Origin: Longimicrobiales bacterium
GTDB taxonomy: Bacteria > Gemmatimonadota > Gemmatimonadetes > Longimicrobiales > Gaopeijiaceae
Reading direction: 5' to 3'
DNA length: 64,000 nucleotides
Assembly: GCA_965204735.1 (NCBI GenBank)
Contig: OZ242008.1
Span: forward strand, 1,920,001 to 1,984,000
Part shown: piece by piece, positions 1-8,990 of the stretch
Layout of the letters: each line of letters opens with the position of its first letter
How positions within the stretch are numbered: position 1 is the stretch's first letter
Position numbers and translations under genes: made by a program
Notes under the pieces: model-generated
Seen by the model: only the letters and a program-made list of their open reading frames with translations
Database searches by the model: none
What the model was told of the DNA's origin: nothing

Positions 1-786
1 CCGCTGCGTGTCGTCGCGCCGGCCCGAGCGCCCAAGCTGCTGACCACGCCGGGCGAAAAGAAGCGTCTGCTGGCCGAGACGGGCCTGGACTACGCCGTCT
101 TCCTCGCCTTCACCCCCGCGCTGAAGGAGCTCTCCCCGCAGCGCTTTGTCCAGGAGGTCCTGCTGGACGGCCTGGGCATGACGGAGCTGGTGATCGGTCA
201 CGACCACGGCTTCGGCAAGGGCAGGGCGGGCGACGCCGACGTCCTCCGCCGCATCGCCGCCAAGGGGCGCTTCGCGCTGGAGGTGACGCCCCCGGTCCGC
301 GCCGGGGAAGCCGCGGTCTCTTCGTCCTTCGTCCGACAGGCGCTGGCGGCTGGGCGCTTGGCCGAGGCGAACCGAGCGCTTGGCCGCCCCTACTCGCTGG
401 CGGGAACGGTGGTCCGGGGACACGGCCGGGGCCGGGAAATGGGCTTTCCCACCGCCAACCTCAAGCTCTCGGGGCCCGACAAGCTGGTCCCGGCGCCGGG
501 CATCTACGCCTGCTGGACCGAGGTCGCCGGCCGCCGTCTCATGGGTGCGCTTCACGTCGGGCCGCGGCCCGTCTTTCCGGGAGCGGGCGAGTCCGTCGAG
601 GTCCACCTGCTGGACTTCGACGGCGACATCTACGGTCGCCGGGCGGAGCTGGAGCTTGCCGCTTTCCTGCGACCCGTTCGCGACTACCGGTCGCCCGTCG
701 ACCTAGCAGCCCAGATCGCCGAAGACGTCGGTCGGACCCGTCGGCAGCTGGGCTGCCCAACCCTGCTTGGCGGCGGGCGCCCTTGA
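1..786 (+). CDS. ribF: Bifunctional riboflavin kinase/FAD synthetase, 5' truncated by window edge
   Basis: Frame open from base 1; GHDHGFG, GFPTAN, GPRP and VEVHLLDF motifs. Confidence 0.95.
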   Translation, partial: PLRVVAPARAPKLLTTPGEKKRLLAETGLDYAVFLAFTPALKELSPQRFVQEVLLDGLGMTELVIGHDHGFGKGRAGDADVLRRIAAKGRFALEVTPPVRAGEAAVSSSFVRQALAAGRLAEANRALGRPYSLAGTVVRGHGRGREMGFPTANLKLSGPDKLVPAPGIYACWTEVAGRRLMGALHVGPRPVFPGAGESVEVHLLDFDGDIYGRRAELELAAFLRPVRDYRSPVDLAAQIAEDVGRTRRQLGCPTLLGGGRP

Positions 787-806
787 CGCCACGCGAGCGA
801 GCAGGC

Positions 807-2426
807 CTAGCGCAGGGCGTCGGACGGCTGGACCGGGGTCTCCTCCAGCAGCTGGAACAAGTCGGCTTGGGTTGCGGCGGACTCGGCAAGGCGGATCGCC
901 TCGGAGAGCACGCGGTCGCGCTCGGCCTGCAACGTCAGGGCCAAGGCCGTGGCCCCCGCGCGGGTCAGGTACCGGCCTTCGGCCCACCAGTTCAGCCACG
1001 CCCGCGCCGCGGGGGCGCCCACGACCTCCTCGTCGATCCCGGCGTCCACCAGCGCCTGGGCCAGGTCGTCGAAGGCGGCGGACGGCAAGCGCGAGACGTT
1101 CCCGGTCGCCACCGCCTCCTTGGCCATGGCCACGGCGTGCTCCTCGATCTTCAGGCCCAGCTGCAGCTGCGTCTCGGCGGCTTGCTCTTGAAGCGTCCGC
1201 ACCGCAGCGGCCACCGTGTCGCGCGCCACTTCCAGGTCGGGGAAGACGCCGCCGCTGTTCCGCAGCCGCCGTCCCGCCGCCGTGGCAACCCGCACCGTGT
1301 CGCCCTCGGCCTCCGGAAGGGGAAAGCCGTGGCGGTCCCGCTTGCGGTGCAGCGAGCGGCCCAGCGGAGTGTACCAAGTCCCGGTGGTCAGGCGCATCCG
1401 ACGCCCGTCGCTGAGGGGGTAGAGGGTCTGGACCACCCCCTTGCCGAAGGTCCGCTCGCCCAGCACGACGGCGCGGTCGTGGTCCTGCAAGGCGCCGGCC
1501 ACGATCTCGGCGGCCGAAGCCGTGTAGCGGTCGACCATGACCACCACGGGCTTGTTCGGGATCAGCGCCGGCTTGTCGGCGTTGTACGTCTGCTCCGCCA
1601 CGCCGCCTCTGCCGTCCCGCTGGCCGACGCTGGCCACCGCTTGGCCGGGCGCCAGGAAGATGTCCGCCACCAGCAGCGACTCGGTCAGGTACCCGCCCGG
1701 GTTCCCCCGCAGGTCCACAATGATGGCGTTGGCCTCCGAAGCGTCCACGAGGGCTTCGGCGAGCTCCTGGGCCACGTTGCGGGCGAACTGGTCGACCCGA
1801 ACGTGGGCGATCCCGCCTTCGAGCGTGGTCGCTTCGACGGCGGCAATGTGGACGTTGTCGCGTACGATCGACACCGCGATCAGGTCCCTGAAGCCGTCGC
1901 GCGCCACGCGGAGGCGGACGGTCGATCCGGGTTCTCCGCGGATCGCGTCCCTGGCTTGGTCCAGAGACCACTCGGTCGCGTCCACGCCCTCCACTTCGAC
2001 GATCCGGTCGCCGAGGACCAGCCCGGACTTCTCCGCCGGCGTCGCCTTGAAGACGGCGGTGATCGTGACCAGCCCTTCCAGCTGGGAGATCTGCACGCCG
2101 ATGCCGGCGTAGTCGCGGTTGTTGCTCTCCTCGAACTGGTCGTACGCCTCGGGCGTGAAGACGACGGCGTAGGGGTCGTCCAGCTGCTCGATCAACCCGT
2201 CGATGGCGCGCTGCCAGAGGACCGAGTCCGCCAGGGCCGACTCGTGGTTCCGGGCGATCGTGCCGAAGACCTCGAGGAAGCGTCGGTAGGCGTCGGACTG
2301 GCCCACGACCGCGGCTCGGTCGGCGGGCGGTGGACGGCGAGCGTCCTGGGCGGCGCCGGGCAGAGCCGAAGAGCAGGCGAGCGCGACGGCCGAAACGACG
2401 AGCGCCGAGCGGAGAACGAGGGGCAT
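807..2426 (-). CDS. S41 family C-terminal processing protease (PDZ + peptidase), exported
   Basis: C-terminal part of ORF 807..4541 from MPLVLRS; signal-like N-terminus; DLRGNPGG, TASAAEIVAGALQD, GERTFGKG motifs. Confidence 0.9.
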   Translation of the reverse strand: MPLVLRSALVVSAVALACSSALPGAAQDARRPPPADRAAVVGQSDAYRRFLEVFGTIARNHESALADSVLWQRAIDGLIEQLDDPYAVVFTPEAYDQFEESNNRDYAGIGVQISQLEGLVTITAVFKATPAEKSGLVLGDRIVEVEGVDATEWSLDQARDAIRGEPGSTVRLRVARDGFRDLIAVSIVRDNVHIAAVEATTLEGGIAHVRVDQFARNVAQELAEALVDASEANAIIVDLRGNPGGYLTESLLVADIFLAPGQAVASVGQRDGRGGVAEQTYNADKPALIPNKPVVVMVDRYTASAAEIVAGALQDHDRAVVLGERTFGKGVVQTLYPLSDGRRMRLTTGTWYTPLGRSLHRKRDRHGFPLPEAEGDTVRVATAAGRRLRNSGGVFPDLEVARDTVAAAVRTLQEQAAETQLQLGLKIEEHAVAMAKEAVATGNVSRLPSAAFDDLAQALVDAGIDEEVVGAPAARAWLNWWAEGRYLTRAGATALALTLQAERDRVLSEAIRLAESAATQADLFQLLEETPVQPSDALR

Positions 2427-2582
2427 CAGGTTGTCTTTCCAGGGCCGAAGTGATTCCTGATCATTATGCAAAGAAGTGGTTCCTGGGAACAGTCCCAGCG
2501 CGGAGTCGCGAGCCGCCGGAGAGAACCGGCGCCGGTTCCACGCAACGCCCATCGAGCCCCCTGCAAGCTTCCGAGCGAGTCC

Positions 2583-4475
2583 ATGAGGTCCACTCCATCC
2601 GCAACGAGCTCCGGTCGATCCGCAGCTTCCGGGCGTCCCCTTCGCGCGGTCCTGGCCCAGACGAAGCCCGCCAAGGGCGACGTGAGGAGGAACGTCGAGA
2701 CGGCCAAGGCGATGCTCGACCCGGCCGCCGACCTGGTCGTCTTCCCGGAGTCGGCGCTCTCGGGCTACGTCTTGGAGGGCGGCGTGGAGGAAGTGGCGCT
2801 GTCCCGGGGCGAGCTGGTCGAAGCGATGGGCGAGCCTCCTCCCGGTTGCGGCTGCGACGTGGTCCTGGGGTTTTACGAGCGGGACCGGCAGGGGCTCTGC
2901 AACAGCGCCGCCTATCTGACGCCGCGCGGGTGCCGGTACGAGGTGGTTCACGTCCACCGCAAGCTCTTCCTGCCCACCTACGGTCTCTTCGACGAGGGGC
3001 GGTTCGTCGAGCCCGGCCGCGACCTGCGAGCGTTCGACACGCGCTTCGGGCGGATGGGCATGCTCGTGTGCGAGGACCTGTGGCACGGCCTGCCCGCCAC
3101 CGTGCTGGCCTTGGACGGCGCCGAGGCCGTGCTGTGCGTGGCGGCGTCGCCGGCGAGGGGGTTTCGGCCCTTGCCCGCCGCCCCTGCGGCGGTCGCGCCG
3201 CCCTTGGGCCGGACCGAACCGCGCCCCGCTCCGGCGCCGCTGCCGTCCAACCTTCGCGCATGGGACCGTCTCGGGTCGTGCGCCGCCCGCGAGCATGGAG
3301 TCTTCGTGCTGGCGTCCCAGCTGGCGGGGTCGGAAGGGGGGAAGCTGTTCTCGGGCGGATCGACGGCGTGGGGTCCCGACGGCGAGCTGCTCGCCCGGGG
3401 ACCGCTCTTCGCCGCCGGATGCGTGGGCGCGGAACTCCCGTTGGGCGAGATCGCGCGGGTCCGGGCCCGCAGGCCCTTCCTTGCGGACTTGCGGGCTGTG
3501 CTGCCCGTGCTGCGGCGGTCCCTGGACCGGGCGGCGGGGCAGGGAAGCGCGGTCGGGACGGCTCCCGCTGCTCCCCAGGCCGACGGCCGGAGCGCCGAGC
3601 CGTCCCGAGCCTTCCCCGGCGCTGCGGCCGGTCCTGCGGCGCTCGTCGCGTCCTTGGAGATCGACGCCTCGTTGGTGGAGGCGGCCCTGGTGGCGTTCCT
3701 GCAAGACGAGGTGGTGCGCCGCCGGGGGTTCGAGCGGGTGGTCGTCGGCGTCTCCGGCGGCGTGGACTCGGCCGTGGTTCTCTTCCTGGCGTGCCGGGCG
3801 CTGGGGGCCGAGAACGTCTTCGGGTTCCTCCTTCCGCACTCGACATCGAGTCCCGAGAGCCTGGAGCACGGCGCCATGGTCGTTGCGGCCGCCGGTGCCC
3901 GTCAAAGGACCCTGCCCGTCGCCGGGGTCGTGGACGGCTACGTCGGCGCCCACGAACCCGACGCCACGCCCGTCAGGCAGGGAAACTTCGCGGCCCGCGT
4001 CCGGGCGGCCGTCCTCTTCGACCAGTCGGCCAAGCTCGACGCCCTTCCCCTGGGAACCGGCAACAAGAGCGAGCGCCTGCTGGGGTACTTCACGTGGCAC
4101 GCCGACGACTCGCCCCCCGTCAACCCACTGGGGGACCTCTTCAAGGCCCAGGTGCTGGCGTTGGCGCACCACCTGGGCGTCCCCGACGAGATCGTGTCCA
4201 AGCCCCCGAGCCCGGACTTGGTCCCCGGCGTTCACGACGAGGACGAGCTGGGCATCTCCTACCGCCGCGCCGACCCGATCCTGAGCGGCCTGTTGCAGGG
4301 CCATGCCCCCGAAGCGCTGGTGGCGGCCGGCTTCCCGCCCACCGACGTGGAGCGGGTGCACGGACGGCTTTCGGGAACCCACTGGAAGCGACGCCCGCCC
4401 ACGGTCGCCATGCTCTCGGACACCGCGATCGGCGAGTCGTACCTGCGTCCGGTGGACTATTCGGCGGCGAGTTGA
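2583..4475 (+). CDS. nadE: Glutamine-dependent NAD+ synthetase (nitrilase domain fused to NAD synthase domain)
   Basis: E-K-C triad (FPES, HRKLFLP, VCEDLW); SGGVDS and GTGNKSE motifs; start uncertain (2466 or 2583). Confidence 0.9.
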   Translation: MRSTPSATSSGRSAASGRPLRAVLAQTKPAKGDVRRNVETAKAMLDPAADLVVFPESALSGYVLEGGVEEVALSRGELVEAMGEPPPGCGCDVVLGFYERDRQGLCNSAAYLTPRGCRYEVVHVHRKLFLPTYGLFDEGRFVEPGRDLRAFDTRFGRMGMLVCEDLWHGLPATVLALDGAEAVLCVAASPARGFRPLPAAPAAVAPPLGRTEPRPAPAPLPSNLRAWDRLGSCAAREHGVFVLASQLAGSEGGKLFSGGSTAWGPDGELLARGPLFAAGCVGAELPLGEIARVRARRPFLADLRAVLPVLRRSLDRAAGQGSAVGTAPAAPQADGRSAEPSRAFPGAAAGPAALVASLEIDASLVEAALVAFLQDEVVRRRGFERVVVGVSGGVDSAVVLFLACRALGAENVFGFLLPHSTSSPESLEHGAMVVAAAGARQRTLPVAGVVDGYVGAHEPDATPVRQGNFAARVRAAVLFDQSAKLDALPLGTGNKSERLLGYFTWHADDSPPVNPLGDLFKAQVLALAHHLGVPDEIVSKPPSPDLVPGVHDEDELGISYRRADPILSGLLQGHAPEALVAAGFPPTDVERVHGRLSGTHWKRRPPTVAMLSDTAIGESYLRPVDYSAAS

Positions 4476-4831
4476 CTTCCCGCTCCCCGGTTGCGACGCT
4501 TGAACATCCCGGCAGCGATGCTGGGGATCTGCCCCGAGCACCCGAGCCCGACCTTCCAGCTCAAGATCGCCATGCCTGTGTCCGCCGGGTTGAGCGAATC
4601 ATCAACGAGGTGATCAATGATCAGAACGCTGCGCCTGCGCAACTTCAAGTGTTTCGACGATGAGACGTTCAGTATTGGCAGACTTACTCTACTCGCCGGG
4701 CTGAACGGCACGGGCAAGAGCAGCGTCATTCAGGGACTGTTGGCGCTTCGCAACTGCGGTACTGTCCCGGACAGCAAGAGTTGGCGTGGACCTCTTCTCG
4801 ACATCGGCACTTTTGGCGGATTGAACGGTAG

Positions 4832-4857
4832 GGACAGAATCTCGGGAGAATCTGTCC
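4832..4857. repeat. Near-perfect palindrome ggacagaatctc-gg-gagaatctgtcc
   Basis: 12 bp arms with 1 mismatch, near the left edge of the insertion. Confidence 0.8.
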
Positions 4858-4957
4858 GACAACTTCGCCCCCAAGTAGACAAAGTTTTCAATCTGCAAGG
4901 TTCCTCCCTTTCGATTCGCAAGGACGAAAAGCTCGCCGTTGAGTGGGTTTACTCAAT

Positions 4958-5020
4958 GCTGGGTCACTTCTTGGCAACGGAGCTAGGTCACTTCTTGGCG
5001 TTGCTGGGTCACTTCTTGGC
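4958..5020. repeat. Three 18 bp direct repeats gct(g/a)ggtcacttcttggc (iteron-like)
   Basis: Copies at 4958-4975, 4982-4999 and 5003-5020; periods 24 and 21 bp. Confidence 0.9.
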
Positions 5021-5031
5021 AAGCGTGCCGC

Positions 5032-5571
5032 TCATAGCCCATTGCAGTCCTGCGCCCGGATCACCTTCTCGGCGGCTCGCCTGTCGTCCTCGTCTTGCCC
5101 GATACCGAAGTGGTCGAAGACGTACCTTCGGGCCAGGATGTAGGCGCAGGCGTTCCTCGGCGAGACGTACTCGGCTTCTCCCCGGTCGTTCTTCCGCACG
5201 CGGTTCTCGCGGGGCAGGGCCAGGGTCAAGTTGGGCGGGAACGCGGCGAAGTACTTCCACTCCCGCAAGCCCCAACCTTCGGCGCAGGCGTGCTCCCGGA
5301 CCTCCGAAAGGGCTACCCGGTGTTCTACGTCGGTCTGGTGCAGGCTGGTTGCGACCGAATCGCTGTACGGGAGCCTCACCGGCAAGCCGCCCAGGGACTC
5401 CGCGATGTCGTGCTCCATGGAGGCGTATGCCGCCCGAAGCCGGTGCCTCGGGGGAAGCTCGCACTCTTGGGGCGTCTGGGCCGCCGTGTCGGTCACGTGA
5501 TCGGCCCAGCACGTGATGGCTAGGGCGCAGGCCAGGGCCAGGGCCAGAAGGCCGTGTTGTCGCTTGGTCAT
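5032..5571 (-). CDS. Secreted HNH-like (DUF1524-type) nuclease
   Basis: GGAGGA RBS; signal peptide MTKRQHGLLALALACALA; DVEHRVALSE..FAAFPPNL..ENRVRKND..CAY pattern resembles DUF1524/HNH. Confidence 0.6.
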   Translation of the reverse strand: MTKRQHGLLALALACALAITCWADHVTDTAAQTPQECELPPRHRLRAAYASMEHDIAESLGGLPVRLPYSDSVATSLHQTDVEHRVALSEVREHACAEGWGLREWKYFAAFPPNLTLALPRENRVRKNDRGEAEYVSPRNACAYILARRYVFDHFGIGQDEDDRRAAEKVIRAQDCNGL

Positions 5572-5592
5572 TATTCCTCCAGGGGAAGGGGC

Positions 5593-5624
5593 GGGGCTCC
5601 CCAACCGGTTGTGGCGGGAGCCCC
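5593..5624. repeat. GC-rich stem-loop (ggggctccc...gggagcccc) near the right edge of the insertion
   Basis: 9 bp inverted arms seen directly. Confidence 0.6.
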
Positions 5625-6620
5625 GTCCGGGGGTCAGTTTCTCCGTTCTCTACGCTCGGGCCGACGATGATCAAATCAAGTTGAGAACACGGTACGAGGA
5701 CGATACCGAACTGTGCGGCGACTTCGGCCCGGACGGCACGGACTTTTACTTGGCCGGCCCTGTTGCGGCTCATGATGGGGAACGATCGGAGCTCGCCAGG
5801 GAACGGTCGCTCCTGCGGGATTCGATGTTCTACTTGTCGGCTGATCGGCTCGGTCCCCGCAAGACGCTGCCCCACTTGGCGGAGGGCGCCCCCGCCGGCA
5901 CGCCGCTCGGGAAGCGTGGCTAGGCCGTCCTTTGGTTCATGGGACAGCACGAGGACGATATGGTGGCCCCGGCCCTTCGCCATCCGGCGGCGTCCAGGAC
6001 CACTCTTCTGGCCCAGACGAATGCGTGGCTTGCCGCTGTCAGTCCTGGTGTCGAGCTTGCCTCCGAGTCGGTGTCGGCTGCCGATCTTGCCGCAGCGGGC
6101 TACTCGTTCGAGCAGAAGTGGGACGCAAGGACCAAGCCGTTTCGGGCGAACAACATCGGTTTTGGCGTGAGCTGCGTTCTGCCCCTTATCGTGGCATTGC
6201 TGGCCGCGCAGCGTGACGATCTGGTGATCATAGAGAATCCGGAGGCTCATTTGCATCCGGGGGGACAGACGAATGTCGCCGAACTCGCGGCCAGGGCTGC
6301 CGCAGACGGCCGGCAGGTCATACTGGAGACGCACAGCGATCACGTGCTTGACGGCATCCGACTGGCGGTGGCGGAGAAGATCGTGTCTGCTGAAGACGTG
6401 GTGGTCTACTTCTTCCGTCGCGATAGTGCGGGCCTCCAGGTCGCTTCTCCGAAGGTGCGAGCGGACGGCTCTTTGGATTCTTGGCCTGACGGTTTCTTCG
6501 ATCAGCAAGAAAGGAACCTGTCTCGGTTGATACGACTCCGGCGAAGTGATGCAGATTCCAGCATCGCACCCGGCGACCGCGGAGTTCGGCGTGACGGCGC
6601 AGACGACCGGGGAGGGCACC

Positions 6621-7502
6621 GTGGCTGATAGGCTGCACCGAAGGAATGCAGGCTTGGCAGCCGCGATCGCGGACGACTTCTACTCCGATCGGCTCGACAT
6701 GGCAGCGAGAGGAACAGGCCCGGTCGGATGGTCGGCGATGCCGGAGGTCAAGGCGGTCGCCCGTCTGAGGCGTGACGGCCAGCGGGAGCTGACGGTGCGA
6801 CGGTTCCTGACCTTCGTTTCGGCCATGGATCGGGCGCGGGACTCGAACAGGCTGTGGAGCGACGCGGCCAAGATGCTGGACTTGCGACCAGAAGCCTTCG
6901 ATCCCGCGGAAGCGTCGGCCGTGCCGCCGAACCAGCTTTGCGAGGCGCTGTCCGCCGCTCGCGTGAGCCAGCGCCACCACGACGACTCCGCTGCTTGGAG
7001 GACGATCGCTCGCAGCCTGCACGCCGGGCAAGGTGCCGTGGCGAAGGTGGTGGAGCAAGGGAAGGGAGATGCGCGCGAGCTGCTGAAGGACCTGTGCAGC
7101 GCCAGCAGCGAGGGTCGTCGCCGGTATCCGCTTCTTCGGGGCACGAAGCTCGGTCCCCTGTGGGTTCGCGTCATGGCAGCGCCTGGAGGCGCTGAAGTCG
7201 AGAACATCCATGTCGTTCCCGTCGCAGTGGACGTCCATGTCCGCAGGGTCACGGAGAACCTGGGCGTTGCGAGCACGACCTCCTTGCCCATGCGCAAGGC
7301 AAAGCCGGTCATTCGGGCAGCTTGGAAGTCGGCGGTCGACGCGGCGCGCTTCGGCGGACCCCCGGGGATCGCCGGCACGTGCGGCGCTCTTGATCCGGCG
7401 TTGTGGGCCTTCGGCAAGCACGGGTGCGCTAACTGCGAGAAAGCAGGTCGGCGGGTGCCGATCGGCGCGGCGTGCCAGCGATGCCAGTGGCTGCCAGACT
7501 AA
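6621..7502 (+). CDS. HhH-GPD superfamily DNA glycosylase/lyase-like protein, copy 1
   Basis: GGAGG RBS before GTG; LRGTKLGPLW (HhH Lys); VAVDVHVRRV (catalytic Asp); C-x2-C-x12-C-x2-C tail. Confidence 0.7.
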   Translation: MADRLHRRNAGLAAAIADDFYSDRLDMAARGTGPVGWSAMPEVKAVARLRRDGQRELTVRRFLTFVSAMDRARDSNRLWSDAAKMLDLRPEAFDPAEASAVPPNQLCEALSAARVSQRHHDDSAAWRTIARSLHAGQGAVAKVVEQGKGDARELLKDLCSASSEGRRRYPLLRGTKLGPLWVRVMAAPGGAEVENIHVVPVAVDVHVRRVTENLGVASTTSLPMRKAKPVIRAAWKSAVDAARFGGPPGIAGTCGALDPALWAFGKHGCANCEKAGRRVPIGAACQRCQWLPD

Positions 7503-7566
7503 GCCGGGCCGGCAAACCACGGCAGGCGAGCGGACGACCGCGACGGCGGTCGACGCAGGCGACAGG

Positions 7567-8652
7567 CTAGTGGTATGTCGCCAAAACGGCCTGACAGCTG
7601 GCGACTTTTCGGAAGATGTCGTCTGCGGAGGTCGTCCACTGGTAGGGCCGGGGATTGCGGTTGTGGACTTCGATGAACTCCATGATCGCGTCCTTCAGCG
7701 CCTTCACGCTGGTGAACATGCCGCGCCTCAGGCGCTTCTGCGACAGCTGGGCGAACCACGCCTCCACCAAGTTCAGCCACGAACCGCTCGTGGGAACGAA
7801 GTGCAGGTGGAAGCGGGGATGCTTGGCGAGCCACGCCTTCACGGCCGTCGTCTTGTGGGTGCCGTAGTTGTCCAGCACCAGGTGCAGCGCCACGCCCTTC
7901 GGGTACTCGCCGTCCAGGTGGCGGAGGAACCTCAGGAACTCCTGCTGGCGGTGGCGCGGAGTGCACATGCCGACCACCCGACCGCGCGCCGGGTCCAGCG
8001 CCGCGAACAAGGTCGTCGTGCCGTGGCGCTTGTAGTCGTGGGTCATCGTGCCGCAGCGACCGCGCTTCAGCGGAAGGCCGGGCTGAGTGCGGTCCAGCGC
8101 CTGGATCTGGCTCTTCTCGTCCACGCACAGCACCACGCCGTCCTTCGGCGGGTTGCGGTACAGCCCCACCACGTCCTCGGTCTTCTCCACGAACTTCGGG
8201 TCCTTCGACAGCTTGAACGTCTTCGTCCGGTGCGGCTTCAGCCCGTACGACTTCCACACCCGCTGCACCGTGCTCCGGCTCACGCCGTGGCGCTTCGCCA
8301 TCATGCGCAAGCTCCAGTGCGTCGCCCCCTCCGGCTTGTTCTCCAGCGTGTCCTTGACGATCGCCCGGACCGTCTCGTCCGTGATGCTGCGCTTGCGACC
8401 CCGACCAGGCCTGATCTTCCACACCGTATCGGGACCTTCCGCCTCGAACCGTCTCCGCCACGTCAGAACCGTGGGCTTCGACACCCCCGCCTCCTTCGCG
8501 ATGCGCTGGTTCGCCACGCCCTCCGCCGCCAGCAGGACGATCCGGACGCGCTTCGCCACGTCCTGCGGCGTGCTGCCCGCCCGAAGCCAGCGCTCCAGCA
8601 TCGCCCGGTCCTCCTGCGACAACTCCAACGCCCTCGCAGGCCTCCTCGCCAT
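7567..8652 (-). CDS. IS630 transposase
   Basis: HTH N-terminus; DDE motifs VDEKSQIQ, VLDNYGTH, WLNLVE; stop codon overlaps the target TA. Confidence 0.95.
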   Translation of the reverse strand: MARRPARALELSQEDRAMLERWLRAGSTPQDVAKRVRIVLLAAEGVANQRIAKEAGVSKPTVLTWRRRFEAEGPDTVWKIRPGRGRKRSITDETVRAIVKDTLENKPEGATHWSLRMMAKRHGVSRSTVQRVWKSYGLKPHRTKTFKLSKDPKFVEKTEDVVGLYRNPPKDGVVLCVDEKSQIQALDRTQPGLPLKRGRCGTMTHDYKRHGTTTLFAALDPARGRVVGMCTPRHRQQEFLRFLRHLDGEYPKGVALHLVLDNYGTHKTTAVKAWLAKHPRFHLHFVPTSGSWLNLVEAWFAQLSQKRLRRGMFTSVKALKDAIMEFIEVHNRNPRPYQWTTSADDIFRKVASCQAVLATYH

Positions 8653-8751
8653 CACTTCCCTCCGTGCCAAGAGATCCTTGCCGAAACCAACTCGCGACCG
8701 CAGTATAGCCCCGCCTCGCTCAACAGCCAACTCCAATCGGCGACATACCAC
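7570..8751 (-). mobile_element. IS630-family insertion sequence
   Basis: Terminal IRs gtggtatgtcgcc / ggcgacataccac, TA duplicated in a CTAG context (7567-7570 and 8751-8754), intact transposase. Confidence 0.95.
8702..8730 (-). promoter_or_regulatory. Putative sigma70 promoter of the IS630 transposase
   Basis: Minus strand TTGGCT-N17-TATACT inside the IS end upstream of the transposase. Confidence 0.5.
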
Positions 8752-8763
8752 TAGCGGGGCAGG

Positions 8764-8871
8764 CTAGTCGGTCCTGGGAACGACAACGCCGTTCCAGACG
8801 ACCTGCAGCATCGCTTCCTCAACCTCTGGCATGCTCTCGTCGACCAGGACCCAGGACAGCGCGACTGAAGC
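8764..8871 (-). pseudogene. vapC: VapC/PIN toxin fragment
   Basis: Translates ASVALSWVLVDESMPEVEEAMLQVVWNGVVVP; shares 24/25 bp with the vapC start at 9993-10017. Confidence 0.6.
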
Positions 8872-8990
8872 GCCTCGCCTTGACCCCAATCCCACTCCGC
8901 TACCATCGTGCCTGTCACGATCCTGGATGTCTCATCTTGACTGTCGCTAGGGTTCATCCTGATTGTCGCTCTACTACAGAGGAGGACGCC

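Larger units (their letters stand above)
4617..6628 (+). pseudogene. AAA/ABC-type ATPase with DUF3696-like C-terminus, interrupted by an ~820 bp insertion (~4818-5641) and an in-frame TAG (5921-5923)
   Basis: N-terminus MIRTLRLRNFKCF..GLNGTGKSS (Walker A); middle YLSADRLGP; C-terminus IIENPEAHLHP, ETHSDH, WPDGFFDQ; ORFs 5513..5923 and 5939..6628 share one frame. Confidence 0.8.

Noticed and set aside
4540..4620. Possible C-terminal remnant of a DUF262 partner gene upstream of the ATPase (..VERIINEVIND)
   Set aside because: Too short to support without an alignment
783..4663. Long overlapping ORFs (783..2453, 2330..4663, 5' part of 807..4541)
   Set aside because: Antisense or off-frame shadows of the S41 protease and nadE, typical of high-GC DNA; no motifs
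4958..5020. 18 bp repeats as a mini CRISPR array
   Set aside because: Gaps are only 6 and 3 bp, and there are no cas genes
5921..5923. Amber readthrough or pyrrolysine in the ATPase
   Set aside because: The gene is already split by an insertion, no pyl genes are present, and other genes use TAG as a normal stop
8880..8906. TTGACC...TACCAT promoter for glycosylase copy 2
   Set aside because: Spacer is only 15 bp; weak support
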